A stretch of 64,000 bases of DNA from an uncultured Desulfurococcaceae archaeon (GTDB taxonomy: Archaea > Thermoproteota > Thermoprotei_A > Sulfolobales > NBVN01): NCBI GenBank assembly GCA_964482405.1, contig CAYZXH010000001.1, positions 661 through 64,660 on the forward strand. The letters are read 5' to 3'. Of the stretch, positions 20,305 to 30,074 are shown piece after piece. Position numbers and translations under genes: made by a program. The notes under the pieces are model-generated. The model saw only the letters and a program-made list of their open reading frames with translations. It did no database searches and had not been told where the DNA came from. Position 1 is the stretch's first letter, and every line of letters begins with the position of its first letter.

Positions 20305-21767
20305 TGTTGTTGAGGGCTGAAGCATTATTGGCTTCCTCCATAGTTTTCTTCGTTATAGCTATGTCGGTGTTTATAGGTGTTCTGGTCTCAAGACTGAAAG
20401 TCAGGATTCTTAGAGCAGATACCTACATAGTTGCTGGCAGAACTTTAGGGACGCTTGTCTTCTTCTTAAACTCTGCCGCGGTAATATATAGTGGCTACAC
20501 ATTCCTAGGTACGGCGGGCTACTCCTACAAATACGGTGCCGCAACGATATTTGTCTGGGGTACGTCACTCTTAGGCTATGTTGTGGGGTACTTAGTAGCT
20601 CCTCGAGTATGGAGCTTAGCTAAGAAGCATAACTTACTAACGCTATCTGACTTCATCATGTGGAGGTATAATAGTAAGGCATTAATGATCTTAGCCGCGA
20701 TAATCTCGGTAGTTTTTCAAATACCTTACGTGCAGTTACAGATTCAGGCAGTATCGATAATAATTGATACAACATCCTATGGCTCGCTACCCTCACTACA
20801 TCTGTCAGTAATCGTTTTTGGCTTAGTGATTCTCTACGTGTTCTTAGGCGGCATGATGTCTATAGCGTTGACTAACGTGTTCCTGGGTGCTCTAATGCTT
20901 GCCACAATGTTTGGCGGTAGTTGGGCTATAATCCTTAAGTACTTCGGCGGGTTGCCGGGCCTCTACGAAGCGGTTTCCTCGGTCTCGCCAGCCCACCTAA
21001 CCCTTCCGGGACCCGGCGGCTTAAGACCTGAGACCTGGTTCATATCTTCAGTCATAGGTACTGGGATAGGTTTTTGGTGCTGGTCTCAGAGAGTGCAGAC
21101 GCTCTTCACAGCTAAGGACGTTAAAGTTATTAAGAAGGGCATGGTCCTCAACTCTTGGTACCTAGTTCTAGGATCACTCTGGGTTACTCACATGGGCTTA
21201 GTAGCTCTCGCTCTAGGAACGCAACTAAGAGGTAGTGATTACGCCTTCATCACACTTATCAGCGAGGCTTTCGGACCACTAATGTTGGGGTTCGTAGCCG
21301 CTGGCGGGGCGGCAGCATCCCTCTCCACGGCCGCAGGCCTCCTACTAGATCAGGCAAGCACCATATCCAGAAACCTAATACAGCAAGTCTTCAGGAATAG
21401 ATTAAGTGATAAGGAGTTAGTAACCTTGACTAGAGTAGCTGTGGTGGGGTTAGGGATAGTTTCAACGATCTTAGCTTACACGTCTCCAGCACTCTTAGTT
21501 GACTTACTCTTAATGGGTTATGCCGGCGTGACTCAGCTATTCCCAGGCCTCTTCATAGGTATTTTCTGGAGAGACCTCCAGAAATACGAGGTTTTAAGTG
21601 GCTTACTAGTAGGGGAACTGACAGTGCTCGTAATGAATGCTTACTGGGGTCTAGAACCATTCAGCATACACCTCATAATATGGGGTCTTACAACAAACCT
21701 AGCAACTGTCTTAATCACCTATGTAGCAAGGAAAACACTAGGAAGTAGAAAAGCCAAGACTTATTAA
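20301..21767 (+). CDS. Sodium:solute symporter (SSS) family transporter
   Basis: 488 aa with about 13 TM segments. Layout and composition are typical of SSS proteins (YIVAGRTLG near the N-terminus). Confidence 0.7.
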   Translation: MMLLRAEALLASSIVFFVIAMSVFIGVLVSRLKVRILRADTYIVAGRTLGTLVFFLNSAAVIYSGYTFLGTAGYSYKYGAATIFVWGTSLLGYVVGYLVAPRVWSLAKKHNLLTLSDFIMWRYNSKALMILAAIISVVFQIPYVQLQIQAVSIIIDTTSYGSLPSLHLSVIVFGLVILYVFLGGMMSIALTNVFLGALMLATMFGGSWAIILKYFGGLPGLYEAVSSVSPAHLTLPGPGGLRPETWFISSVIGTGIGFWCWSQRVQTLFTAKDVKVIKKGMVLNSWYLVLGSLWVTHMGLVALALGTQLRGSDYAFITLISEAFGPLMLGFVAAGGAAASLSTAAGLLLDQASTISRNLIQQVFRNRLSDKELVTLTRVAVVGLGIVSTILAYTSPALLVDLLLMGYAGVTQLFPGLFIGIFWRDLQKYEVLSGLLVGELTVLVMNAYWGLEPFSIHLIIWGLTTNLATVLITYVARKTLGSRKAKTY

Positions 21768-21786
21768 TCTGCCATCAATTAATATC

Positions 21787-22230
21787 ATGGAGGTGTTAGT
21801 AAAAATGCCTGTAATCAGACGTAGTAGAAGGTTCCCTATAAGAGTAGCTGACATCATGAGTACGCCGCCGATAACCGCTAGAGACGATACCCCCGTCGAG
21901 GAGATCGCTAAAATCATGAACGAGAATAACATAGGTAGCGTAATGATAGTGGATTCAGGAGGGATCCTAACAGGAATAATAACTGAGAGAGACCTCATAT
22001 ACGCTATAGCTAACGGGAAGATAGGTAAGAACCTGCCGGCCTACATGATAATGACTGAAAACCCCGTAACCATAGAGCCCGGTTCCCCGATAGATGAAGC
22101 ACTACAGAAAATGCGCGAGAATAACATAAGGCACCTACCAGTAGTTAATTCAGAGAAGAGACCCGTGGGCATGGTGTCTCTGAGAGACGTCATCGACGCA
22201 ATATTAACGTTTATTAAGGTTTTCGCGTAG
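21787..22230 (+). CDS. CBS-domain pair protein
   Basis: Two CBS repeats (VADIMSTPPITA...GSVMIVD...GIITERDL and IMTENPVTI...IRHLPVV...GMVSLRDV). Confidence 0.8.
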   Translation: MEVLVKMPVIRRSRRFPIRVADIMSTPPITARDDTPVEEIAKIMNENNIGSVMIVDSGGILTGIITERDLIYAIANGKIGKNLPAYMIMTENPVTIEPGSPIDEALQKMRENNIRHLPVVNSEKRPVGMVSLRDVIDAILTFIKVFA

Positions 22231-22277
22231 TTTTTCTAACTACCAATTATTTTATTGCCTAGCTGAGGTAACGGCAC

Positions 22278-23051
22278 TTGATTGAAGACTTCAGCGACTT
22301 GCAAACTTACTTAAGCATGGTAGGTAGTAGGTTGAGGTACGCGATCTTCTATGTGAGGAATTGCTCGTCTACTCAAGACCTAGCCATGAAGCTTTACGAG
22401 GAAGGCTATGGGGAAGGCTCAGTAATTATCGCGGAGGAAATGAGTTCCGGGAGGGGAAGGTTAGGGAGGAACTGGTTAGCCACCTCAGGAGGTCTTTGGT
22501 TCACTCTAGTTCTTACACCACCTAAGCCAACCAATTTTCAAATACTTAGCCTAGGAGTAGGTTCTTCAGTAGCCAAGACACTCAGAGAGCTCTACGAGAT
22601 TAAAGCAGTGGTTAAGTGGCCTAACGATGTCCTAGTAAACGGGAGGAAGATTGCCGGTATCTTAATTGAAGGAAGGAAAGACCTTAAAACAGCTCTCTTC
22701 GTAGGTGTGGGAATCAACGTTAATAACGAAGTACCGAGCGAGCTAAGGGAGAAAGCAATAAGTATTAAAGAAGTTCTTAAGCGTCAAGTCCCTAGAACCC
22801 CTCTACTAGCGAAAATCCTTCGAGAGATTGAGGGAACATACCTTAAGTTACTTGATGAGGAGACGGATAAGATCCTGGAAGAATGGCGTGGTCTTACGGA
22901 AACTCTAGGTAGGAAAGTTAAGGTAGTTACTGAGGAGGGGGTTATTGAGGGCGTAGCGGTTGACGTAGCGTCAGACGGCTCATTAATAGTAGAAGACTTA
23001 GCCGGCGTTAAACGCTTTATCTACGCGGGCGATGTGATACATTTAACGTAA
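22278..23051 (+). CDS. birA: Biotin--protein ligase (BirA catalytic form without an HTH)
   Basis: GRGRLGRNW biotin-binding loop, KWPNDVLVNGRKIAGIL and GVGINVN motifs. The start codon is uncertain (TTG at 22278 or the ATG at 22318). Confidence 0.8.
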   Translation: MIEDFSDLQTYLSMVGSRLRYAIFYVRNCSSTQDLAMKLYEEGYGEGSVIIAEEMSSGRGRLGRNWLATSGGLWFTLVLTPPKPTNFQILSLGVGSSVAKTLRELYEIKAVVKWPNDVLVNGRKIAGILIEGRKDLKTALFVGVGINVNNEVPSELREKAISIKEVLKRQVPRTPLLAKILREIEGTYLKLLDEETDKILEEWRGLTETLGRKVKVVTEEGVIEGVAVDVASDGSLIVEDLAGVKRFIYAGDVIHLT

Positions 23052-23231
23052 CGACTTACACGTAACTAAGTATTAAGTCAAGATGATGATCATTTACCGA
23101 GGGAAGCTATTTTCTCAAACGTTAATGTGATTAATGTTATATTACTGCTAAATCAAAGTGTCACCAAATAAGAATTAAAGAAACATTCGCGCTATTAGCA
23201 GATTTACGACTATTATTCTCGGTATGCATGA

Positions 23232-23244
23232 AAAAGCTTAAAAA
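23232..23244 (+). promoter_or_regulatory. TATA/BRE-like box AAAAGCTTAAAAA for the second Liv-type operon
   Basis: The box ends 35 nt upstream of the ATG at 23279. GAGGTG (SD-like) lies at 23265-23270. The motif and spacing match those at 15247. Confidence 0.45.
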
Positions 23245-23278
23245 GGTTTCTGGGAAAAATATATGAGGTGTTACCTAC

Positions 23279-24535
23279 ATGGCATTCGATATGAGAGCTA
23301 TTGCCTTAGTAATAGTGGCTCTAATAATAGGTCTGGCTGCAGGTTACGGCATAGCCGCGATGACTGGCGGCGGTGCGGCTACCACCGTAACTGTAACTCC
23401 TGAAAAGAAAGTATATAGTATAGGCTTCACCCTGCCACTCTCCGGGGAGCTGTCTTCAATTGGTAAGATCTGGGAGAAGGTGGTTCAGCTAGCCATCGAG
23501 GATTTGAATAGGGAGGTTCAGGCTTATGGTTTCAACGTAGAGTTCCGTGCCGTGATTCTGGATGACGGTACTTCCGAGGAGAAAGCGTTGCAGAACGTGC
23601 AGAGTTTTGCTCAACAAGGCATTAAGGTTATTATAGGACCTGCTGCCAGCGCTCAAGTTAAGGTTGTTAAGAGCTATGTTGATAGCAATAAGATAGTTCT
23701 TATATCACCGTCTTCCACCGCACCTACTCTAGCTATACCTAACGATTACGTTTTCAGAACTGTTGGTTCTGACGCTGGTCAGGCTAAGGCGTTGGCTGCC
23801 CTCGCGTATCAAGAGGGTGCTAGGAAGGTCGTAGTGTTCCACAGAAACGATGAGTATGGTAAAGCGTTTGCTGACTTCTTCGAGAATTACTTTAAGGAGA
23901 TGGGTGGGTCTGCGATTAAGTTACCTTATCAGACAGGCTTGTCAGACTACGCGTCAGAGGTAGCTACTCTAGCAAGCAAAGTTCAGAGTGAGGGAGCTGA
24001 CGCAGTAGTTTTAATATCTTTCGATACTGACGGGGCTAACATACTCTCGCACGCCGCTAGGTCGGACATACTCTCCAGTATTAGATGGTTTATCTCTGAA
24101 GGACCGCACGGCGCGGAAGAATTGCTTTCCCCAACAGTTGGTCAATTCGCGTCTGAGGTAAAATTATTCGGGACTAGACCCCTATTCATAGCTAATCCAC
24201 TCTACGAAGACTTCAAGAACAGAATGATCCAGAAATTCGGCATTGAGCCAGGTGTATTTAGTGAGAACTTGTATGATGCTGTGAAACTTGCTGGCTGGGC
24301 AATACTTAGAGCAGGGACTTATGACGGGGAAGCTATAAGAGCTGCCTTGATAGAAGTAGCTAAGACTTACTACGGTCCTAGCGGGTGGACTATCTTCGAC
24401 TCCGCAGGCGATAAAGCACAGCAGGACTACGGTGTCTGGGCTATAATTCCCGGAGGACCCAAGGGCTATCAATTCAAAGACGTCGGTCTCTATGAGAGAG
24501 GCACGATAATATTCCTTGAGCAAGCATACCCATAA
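23279..24535 (+). CDS. ABC transporter substrate-binding protein, LivJ/K type, membrane-anchored
   Basis: N-terminal TM helix and a type I PBP-like body (IGFTLPLSGELSSIG, VIIGPAASA). It is the first gene of the second SBP-H-M-G-F operon. Confidence 0.8.
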   Translation: MAFDMRAIALVIVALIIGLAAGYGIAAMTGGGAATTVTVTPEKKVYSIGFTLPLSGELSSIGKIWEKVVQLAIEDLNREVQAYGFNVEFRAVILDDGTSEEKALQNVQSFAQQGIKVIIGPAASAQVKVVKSYVDSNKIVLISPSSTAPTLAIPNDYVFRTVGSDAGQAKALAALAYQEGARKVVVFHRNDEYGKAFADFFENYFKEMGGSAIKLPYQTGLSDYASEVATLASKVQSEGADAVVLISFDTDGANILSHAARSDILSSIRWFISEGPHGAEELLSPTVGQFASEVKLFGTRPLFIANPLYEDFKNRMIQKFGIEPGVFSENLYDAVKLAGWAILRAGTYDGEAIRAALIEVAKTYYGPSGWTIFDSAGDKAQQDYGVWAIIPGGPKGYQFKDVGLYERGTIIFLEQAYP

Positions 24536-24615
24536 TTTTTAAATAAATAATGATTAGTCTTAAATATAAGTTCAACTCACATTAAATGAGTTAAGGAGAT
24601 ACGGGGGTTGGGAGA

Positions 24616-25572
24616 TTGATACCCGGCATACAGCAAGCAGTGATGAACGCGTTTCAATATTTTTTATTCTACCTAATTTTTTCATTACCGCTAACATTAA
24701 GTTATAGAACTACTAAAGTGATTAACTTCGCACACGCAAATTTCATAACTTATGGTACGTACGTAGCCATACTTCTACACGGGATACTGGGATTAAATCT
24801 TATGTCATTAGCTATGATAGTTGCTTTTGTGATAACGGGTTCTATAGCTGTCATAAATAACGAACTTGTTTTCACACCTCTTCAGAAGAGGGGTTCCTCA
24901 CCAGCTATAGTGATGATATCCTCGATGGGTTTATGGATAGCTTACAAGTACTTACTCTACATGATCACTGATATTGCACGTTATTACACGACTAAGAATT
25001 TCGCGTCCTACGGTGGAATCACGTACTCAGACATACCCAGAGGCAGTATAGGGGGTGTTGACTTCAGCCAATCGCTTGTGGCGAGTTTAGTAGTTGCATC
25101 ACTTACTGTGGTGCTCCTCTATATACTCTTAGAGAAAACCAAGATTGGCAGAGCCATGAGAGCAGTTGCCGATAATCCGTCACTCGCTGAAATCTCTGGA
25201 ATACCTAGATCGCTCATCATAAATCTGACGTGGTTTATCTGCGGCGGTCTTGTGGGCGTGGGCGGAGTTATATGGACCTCCTTCTCCGGAGCCATAACAC
25301 CTGAAGTAGGTGATTCCATGATTCTCCAAGTATTCACGGTAGGTTTCATAGGAGGGTTAGTTTCCTTACTGAGGACTGGAATAGGGGCTGTACTCATAGC
25401 CACAATAGAGAATGTAGGTATAGCAATACTTAACTCATTCTTCGGGATTCCCGTGAGTTTCAGACCTTTCCTCACGTTCGCAACCTTGATAACTACTCTG
25501 ATAGCGTTCCCGCCACTGGGTGCTGGGGGCGGGCTACCTTACAGATTTTTGAGGAGGGGAAGCAGGAAATGA
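24616..25572 (+). CDS. livH: Branched-chain amino acid ABC permease (LivH type), paralog
   Basis: Polytopic, with NFAHANFITYGTY and RAVADNPSLAEISGI motifs. Confidence 0.8.
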   Translation: MIPGIQQAVMNAFQYFLFYLIFSLPLTLSYRTTKVINFAHANFITYGTYVAILLHGILGLNLMSLAMIVAFVITGSIAVINNELVFTPLQKRGSSPAIVMISSMGLWIAYKYLLYMITDIARYYTTKNFASYGGITYSDIPRGSIGGVDFSQSLVASLVVASLTVVLLYILLEKTKIGRAMRAVADNPSLAEISGIPRSLIINLTWFICGGLVGVGGVIWTSFSGAITPEVGDSMILQVFTVGFIGGLVSLLRTGIGAVLIATIENVGIAILNSFFGIPVSFRPFLTFATLITTLIAFPPLGAGGGLPYRFLRRGSRK

Positions 25573-26618
25573 TTAGTTTCGACGTAATAGGCTTCATGAT
25601 TAGTTGGTTAACTTCGTTCGGAATATACGCGATACTCTCCCTAACACTCAACTTAGAATCGGGCACAGCCGGAATAACTAACTTCGGTAAGGTAGTCTTC
25701 TACGGTGCCGGAGCATACATTAGCGCGACCTTAACAACCTATTTAATCTTAATATTGAACGGCGTTGACGTCGGCGAGAAGCCGCCCTATAGTATAGACG
25801 GGATAATATTACTTGGAGAGCTAGGTAATAAGAATCCCTTGCTAAATATTGGCTTGCTAACGCTCTCGCTCGTATTAGCCTTCATAATTGCGGGGGTTCT
25901 TGGCTACTTACTGACGTACCCTATCCTCAGAGTAGGTCCGGCTTTCGTGGGATTCACCCTACTTAGTTCCGGAGAACTTCTGAGGATATTTCTACAGCAT
26001 TATGAGCCTGTAGGCGGGAATAAGGGCTTAATGGCTATCCCAACACCTTTTGAGTGGATAGCTGAGAGTAGAGTGCGTGAGGCGGCTTACCTATGCTTAG
26101 TATTAGGTCTCCTCGCATTAACTCACGTAGTGACTTATAGGTTAGTTAACTCGCCTCTGGGAAGATCTCTTAGAGCTCTTAGAGACGATGAGATAGCGGC
26201 GCTTTGCTTGGGTAAACACGTGCCTAGAATTAAAGCCACAGTTCTCTTCATAGGTTCAGGATTCGCTGGAATAGCGGGGGTCCTCCTAACTTATTACATG
26301 ACGGCAATTAATCCCAACACGTTCGTTCCAGCAGTAACCTTCAACGTGTGGGCTATGATAATCTTAGGAGGCTTCGGTAATTTGAAGGGCTCTTTAGTTG
26401 GTGCCGCGGTATTGACGTTTGTGGATAGAGCGTTAACTTTCATAACCCCCCAACTAGGTATTACGGTTATAACGCCAGATTACTTAAGGTGGGTTATAGT
26501 AGGGCTTTTAATCGTAGTGGTTTTGATAGTTAATCCTAAGGGATTACTCCCAGAGAAACCGATTAAGACCCCCGCAATCGATGTAGTGTTAGAAGAACTC
26601 AAGGGTGAGGCTAAATGA
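25569..26618 (+). CDS. livM: Branched-chain amino acid ABC permease (LivM type), paralog
   Basis: Polytopic, with the ALRDDEIAALCLG motif. It overlaps both neighbouring genes by 4 nt. Confidence 0.8.
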   Translation: MISFDVIGFMISWLTSFGIYAILSLTLNLESGTAGITNFGKVVFYGAGAYISATLTTYLILILNGVDVGEKPPYSIDGIILLGELGNKNPLLNIGLLTLSLVLAFIIAGVLGYLLTYPILRVGPAFVGFTLLSSGELLRIFLQHYEPVGGNKGLMAIPTPFEWIAESRVREAAYLCLVLGLLALTHVVTYRLVNSPLGRSLRALRDDEIAALCLGKHVPRIKATVLFIGSGFAGIAGVLLTYYMTAINPNTFVPAVTFNVWAMIILGGFGNLKGSLVGAAVLTFVDRALTFITPQLGITVITPDYLRWVIVGLLIVVVLIVNPKGLLPEKPIKTPAIDVVLEELKGEAK

Positions 26619-27385
26619 GCACGATACTTGAGGTAAGAGATGTAGCTAAGTACTTTGGAGGCGTTAAGGCGCTAGATGGCGTTTCGTTAACAGTGCCTGA
26701 GAGAGGCTTAATAGGTCTTATAGGTCCTAACGGCTCCGGGAAAACAACGCTCTTCAACGTGATAACGGGTTTCTACGTGCCTGATAGAGGTAGCGTGTTA
26801 TTTAGGGAATCCAACGACTTAGTGAGGATTGACGGGCTGAACCCCAACGAGGTTTTTAAGAAAGGTATCGTACGAACCTTCCAGATACCCAGACTCTTCA
26901 ACTCGCTGACTGTTCTCGAGAATTTGCTGGTCACACCTTTAGGGCAGAAGGGGGAGAGTCCTGTTAGAGCGCTCTTCAGGAACTCGTGGAGTAAGCAGGA
27001 GAGAGAATTAGCTAGTAAGGCTATAGAGCTCCTCAAAACATTCAATATGTTGCATTACGTGAACTCGAAGATCTCTGAGTTATCCGCAGCACACATAAAG
27101 ATGCTCGAGACTATTAGGGGGCTCATGACTCCGGCTAAGCTATACCTGCTCGATGAGCCGGCGGCAGGCGTTGATTATGCGATAGCGAGAGAACTCTTCA
27201 CATACGTGAAGAAGCTGAGGGACGAGCACAACTTAACATTCTTCATAATCGAGCACAGGCTAGAGATACTTATGGAGTACGTGGACTACGTGTACGTTCT
27301 ACATAACGGTAGGCTACTCTCTGAAGGCAAGCCACAGGAAGTTATTTCAGATCCTAAGGTGATAGAAGCATACATAGGTGTTTAG
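26615..27385 (+). CDS. livG: Branched-chain amino acid ABC ATPase (LivG type), paralog
   Basis: Walker A GPNGSGKTT, Walker B LYLLDEPAAG and the C-terminal VIEAYIG. Confidence 0.85.
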   Translation: MSTILEVRDVAKYFGGVKALDGVSLTVPERGLIGLIGPNGSGKTTLFNVITGFYVPDRGSVLFRESNDLVRIDGLNPNEVFKKGIVRTFQIPRLFNSLTVLENLLVTPLGQKGESPVRALFRNSWSKQERELASKAIELLKTFNMLHYVNSKISELSAAHIKMLETIRGLMTPAKLYLLDEPAAGVDYAIARELFTYVKKLRDEHNLTFFIIEHRLEILMEYVDYVYVLHNGRLLSEGKPQEVISDPKVIEAYIGV

Positions 27386-28091
27386 CATGCTCAGGGTAAG
27401 CAACCTGAGATCCGGTTACGGGAAGATGGTGGTATTACAGGACGTGAACATCAGCGTTAGGGAGGGCGAGATCGTGGCTGTTCTAGGCCCTAACGGAGCC
27501 GGCAAAACAACTCTCCTAAACTCTATATTCGGTTTAGCGACCATTCATAGAGGGGAGATAATCTTCGAGGGCAAACCAATACATAAGATGAGCCCTCACG
27601 ACATAGTGAGAGCGGGGATTAGCTACGCCCCCCAACTAGATAACGTCTTCCCCAACCTCACGGTATTAGAGAACCTTCAGATGGGTTCTTTCATTAGAGG
27701 TAACGACCCGACAATAAAGAACGATATAGAGGAGATATTCAGTATATTTCCTGAAATAGAAAGGAGGAAAAATCAAAAAGCCAAGACATTGAGTGGTGGC
27801 GAGAGACAAATGCTTGCAGTAGCCAGAGCCTTAATGTCCAAACCTAAGATGCTGTTATTAGATGAGCCAACGGCGGGTCTCTCACCTAAGGCTGGCGCTT
27901 CCTTAATGAGGAAAATCAAGGAGATTAGGGATAGGGGGGTCACCATATTATTAGTCGAGCAAAACGTTAGGAGAGCTCTGGAAATAGCTGATAAAGGCTA
28001 TGTTTTAGTTAGTGGGAGGATAATTAAGGAAGCAATAGCTGAAGACTTGAGAAAGGTAGAGATTGAGAAGCTCTTTTTCATGAGCGCATAA
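27378..28091 (+). CDS. livF: Branched-chain amino acid ABC ATPase (LivF type), paralog
   Basis: Walker A GPNGAGKTT, signature LSGGERQML and Walker B LLLLDEPT. Confidence 0.85.
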   Translation: MFSMLRVSNLRSGYGKMVVLQDVNISVREGEIVAVLGPNGAGKTTLLNSIFGLATIHRGEIIFEGKPIHKMSPHDIVRAGISYAPQLDNVFPNLTVLENLQMGSFIRGNDPTIKNDIEEIFSIFPEIERRKNQKAKTLSGGERQMLAVARALMSKPKMLLLDEPTAGLSPKAGASLMRKIKEIRDRGVTILLVEQNVRRALEIADKGYVLVSGRIIKEAIAEDLRKVEIEKLFFMSA

Positions 28092-28184
28092 TAAGGACCT
28101 CCGACTTAACTAGGTTAGTTCCGTTTATGGGACCTCTCTTCAAGTCTTATATTATCTGTTGAATGAGGTAATTGGTGTGGTGAC

Positions 28185-29924
28185 GTGATCACGTTCCCTA
28201 AGAGAACCCGCTGGTGTGGTGAGTTAAGGAAAGAACATGTCGGTAGTGAGGTCGTTTTAAATGGGTGGGTCCACACCGTACGTAAGGTTGGTAAGATTTC
28301 TTTCGTCATAGTAAGAGATAGGACCGGCGTTGTTCAGGTCGTGGTAAGTTCTAAGAGTCCTTACTACGAGATCGCTGAAACCTTAGCTCCTGAAACTGTC
28401 GTGGCTGTGAGAGGGGTTGTAAGACCTAGGCCTCCCAGCCAGATAAACCCTGAGTTACCTACGGGCGAGATTGAAGTTGAGTTGAGGGAGCTAATCATTC
28501 TTAATAGAGCTAAGCCTATTCCCATACCAATATGGGACGCTGAGTTAATGAAGACTACCTCAGAGACTCTGAGGCTGAAGTATAGGTATTTAGATCTTAG
28601 GAGGCCTGAGATGCAGCGTAATCTATTCTTTAGAGCTGAGTTAGTCAGGGTTCTCAGAAACTCACTAGATTTAAGGGGGTTTATAGAGGTTGAGACGCCA
28701 TACCTAGCTAGAAGCACTCCGGAGGGTGCTAGAGACTTTCTAGTCCCTAGCAGGCTATACCCAGGCAAGTTCTATGCTTTAACACAGTCGCCTCAGCTCT
28801 TTAAGCAGCTCCTCATGATAGCAGGTTTCGAGAGGTACTACCAGTTTGCTAGATGCTTCAGAGACGAGGATCCCAGAGCCGATAGACAGCCAGAATTCAC
28901 CCAACTAGATATCGAGATGTCCTTCGTTACTAGGGAAGACGTTATGGGTTTAGTAGAGGACGTAATGCGTGAAGCTTTCGGCAAGACGCTCAAGAAAGAA
29001 TTGCCCGACCCCCTGCCTAAACTAACCTACTCTGAAGCTTTAAAGAAATACGGCATAGATAAACCCGACATAAGATTTGAGAACTTCATAGAGGACGGTG
29101 ACGAAAATCTAAGAACTACTTTAAACGCTGAACCAGGCGAAGCCGTGAGATTCTTGAGGTTCGAGCTCAGAGGTAAGAGACCTGAAGCATTAAAAGAATT
29201 CATTGAGGGGGTCTTAAGTCGTGAGGGCGGTGTGGAGCACTACTACGTCGTCAGGGGTGAGAATACTCTTCTAAGTAATGCTGGGGAAGTTAAGGCGGAG
29301 TTAGTTAGGTTGCTAGACTTAGGAATTGGTGAAGCCGCTGTTATCTCTGTCGGTAACTACGTGAAGGCTTCAGAAACCTTAGGGGCTCTGAGGAACTCTT
29401 TAGGAAGATACTTAGAGCTAGTGAGGAAAGACGAGTACGCGATGCTGTGGGTAACTGACTTCCCCTTATTCGAGCTTAACGAGGAGGGAGTCATAGTCTC
29501 AATGCATCACCCGTTCACCGCTCCAAAACCTGAAGACATATCAAAGCTTGATACGGACCCGCTTAACGTAACGGCTTTATCTTACGATTTAGTCTTGAAT
29601 GGTTATGAAGTAGGTGGTGGGAGTATAAGAATAAATGATAGAGGGCTTCAAGAGAAAATATTCAGGATGATTGGCTTAACTGATGAGGAGATGTACGATA
29701 GGTACGGCTTCTTATTGGAAGCGCTTGAGTACGGTGCACCACCACACGGCGGGATAGCCATAGGTTTAGATAGGCTGGTCGCCGTGATGCTAGGTCAAGA
29801 GTCTATAAGAGAAGTTATAGCGTTCCCTAAGAATAAGGAAATGATGGATCCCATGACTGGAGCGCCGGGCAAGCCGCCTGAGGAACACTTAAGAGAGATT
29901 AGGTGGCTCAAAATAGATATTTAG
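28185..29924 (+). CDS. aspS: Aspartyl-tRNA synthetase, bacterial type with insertion (GAD-like) domain
   Basis: Collinear by eye with E. coli AspRS: LKYRYLDLRRPEM, FYALTQSPQLFKQLLM, CFRDEDPRADRQPEFTQLDIEMSF, YGIDKPDIRF, HHPFTAP, GGGSIRI, PPHGGIAIGLDRL. At 579 aa it includes an insertion of roughly 130 aa between motifs 2 and 3. Confidence 0.9.
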   Translation: MITFPKRTRWCGELRKEHVGSEVVLNGWVHTVRKVGKISFVIVRDRTGVVQVVVSSKSPYYEIAETLAPETVVAVRGVVRPRPPSQINPELPTGEIEVELRELIILNRAKPIPIPIWDAELMKTTSETLRLKYRYLDLRRPEMQRNLFFRAELVRVLRNSLDLRGFIEVETPYLARSTPEGARDFLVPSRLYPGKFYALTQSPQLFKQLLMIAGFERYYQFARCFRDEDPRADRQPEFTQLDIEMSFVTREDVMGLVEDVMREAFGKTLKKELPDPLPKLTYSEALKKYGIDKPDIRFENFIEDGDENLRTTLNAEPGEAVRFLRFELRGKRPEALKEFIEGVLSREGGVEHYYVVRGENTLLSNAGEVKAELVRLLDLGIGEAAVISVGNYVKASETLGALRNSLGRYLELVRKDEYAMLWVTDFPLFELNEEGVIVSMHHPFTAPKPEDISKLDTDPLNVTALSYDLVLNGYEVGGGSIRINDRGLQEKIFRMIGLTDEEMYDRYGFLLEALEYGAPPHGGIAIGLDRLVAVMLGQESIREVIAFPKNKEMMDPMTGAPGKPPEEHLREIRWLKIDI

Positions 29925-30028
29925 GAGTCAAGCTTCCACTATTAAGCTTTCCCGTACATTCTCTAGGTCCGCTATCATCTGGAAATCAAGAAAATTGTCT
30001 AGAAATGCTGGGAAATGATGTTCAAGAC

Positions 30029-30052
30029 CTAGACTTATAAGTCTAGTTTTTT
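30029..30052. promoter_or_regulatory. 18-bp perfect palindrome CTAGACTTATAAGTCTAG followed by T6 (candidate operator/TATA or terminator)
   Basis: Read directly. The palindrome core is TTATAA. It ends 29 nt (and the T6 run 23 nt) upstream of the GTG at 30075, and starts 104 nt downstream of the aspS stop. Confidence 0.3.
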
Positions 30053-30074
30053 ACTAGATAATTGATTTGAGGGA

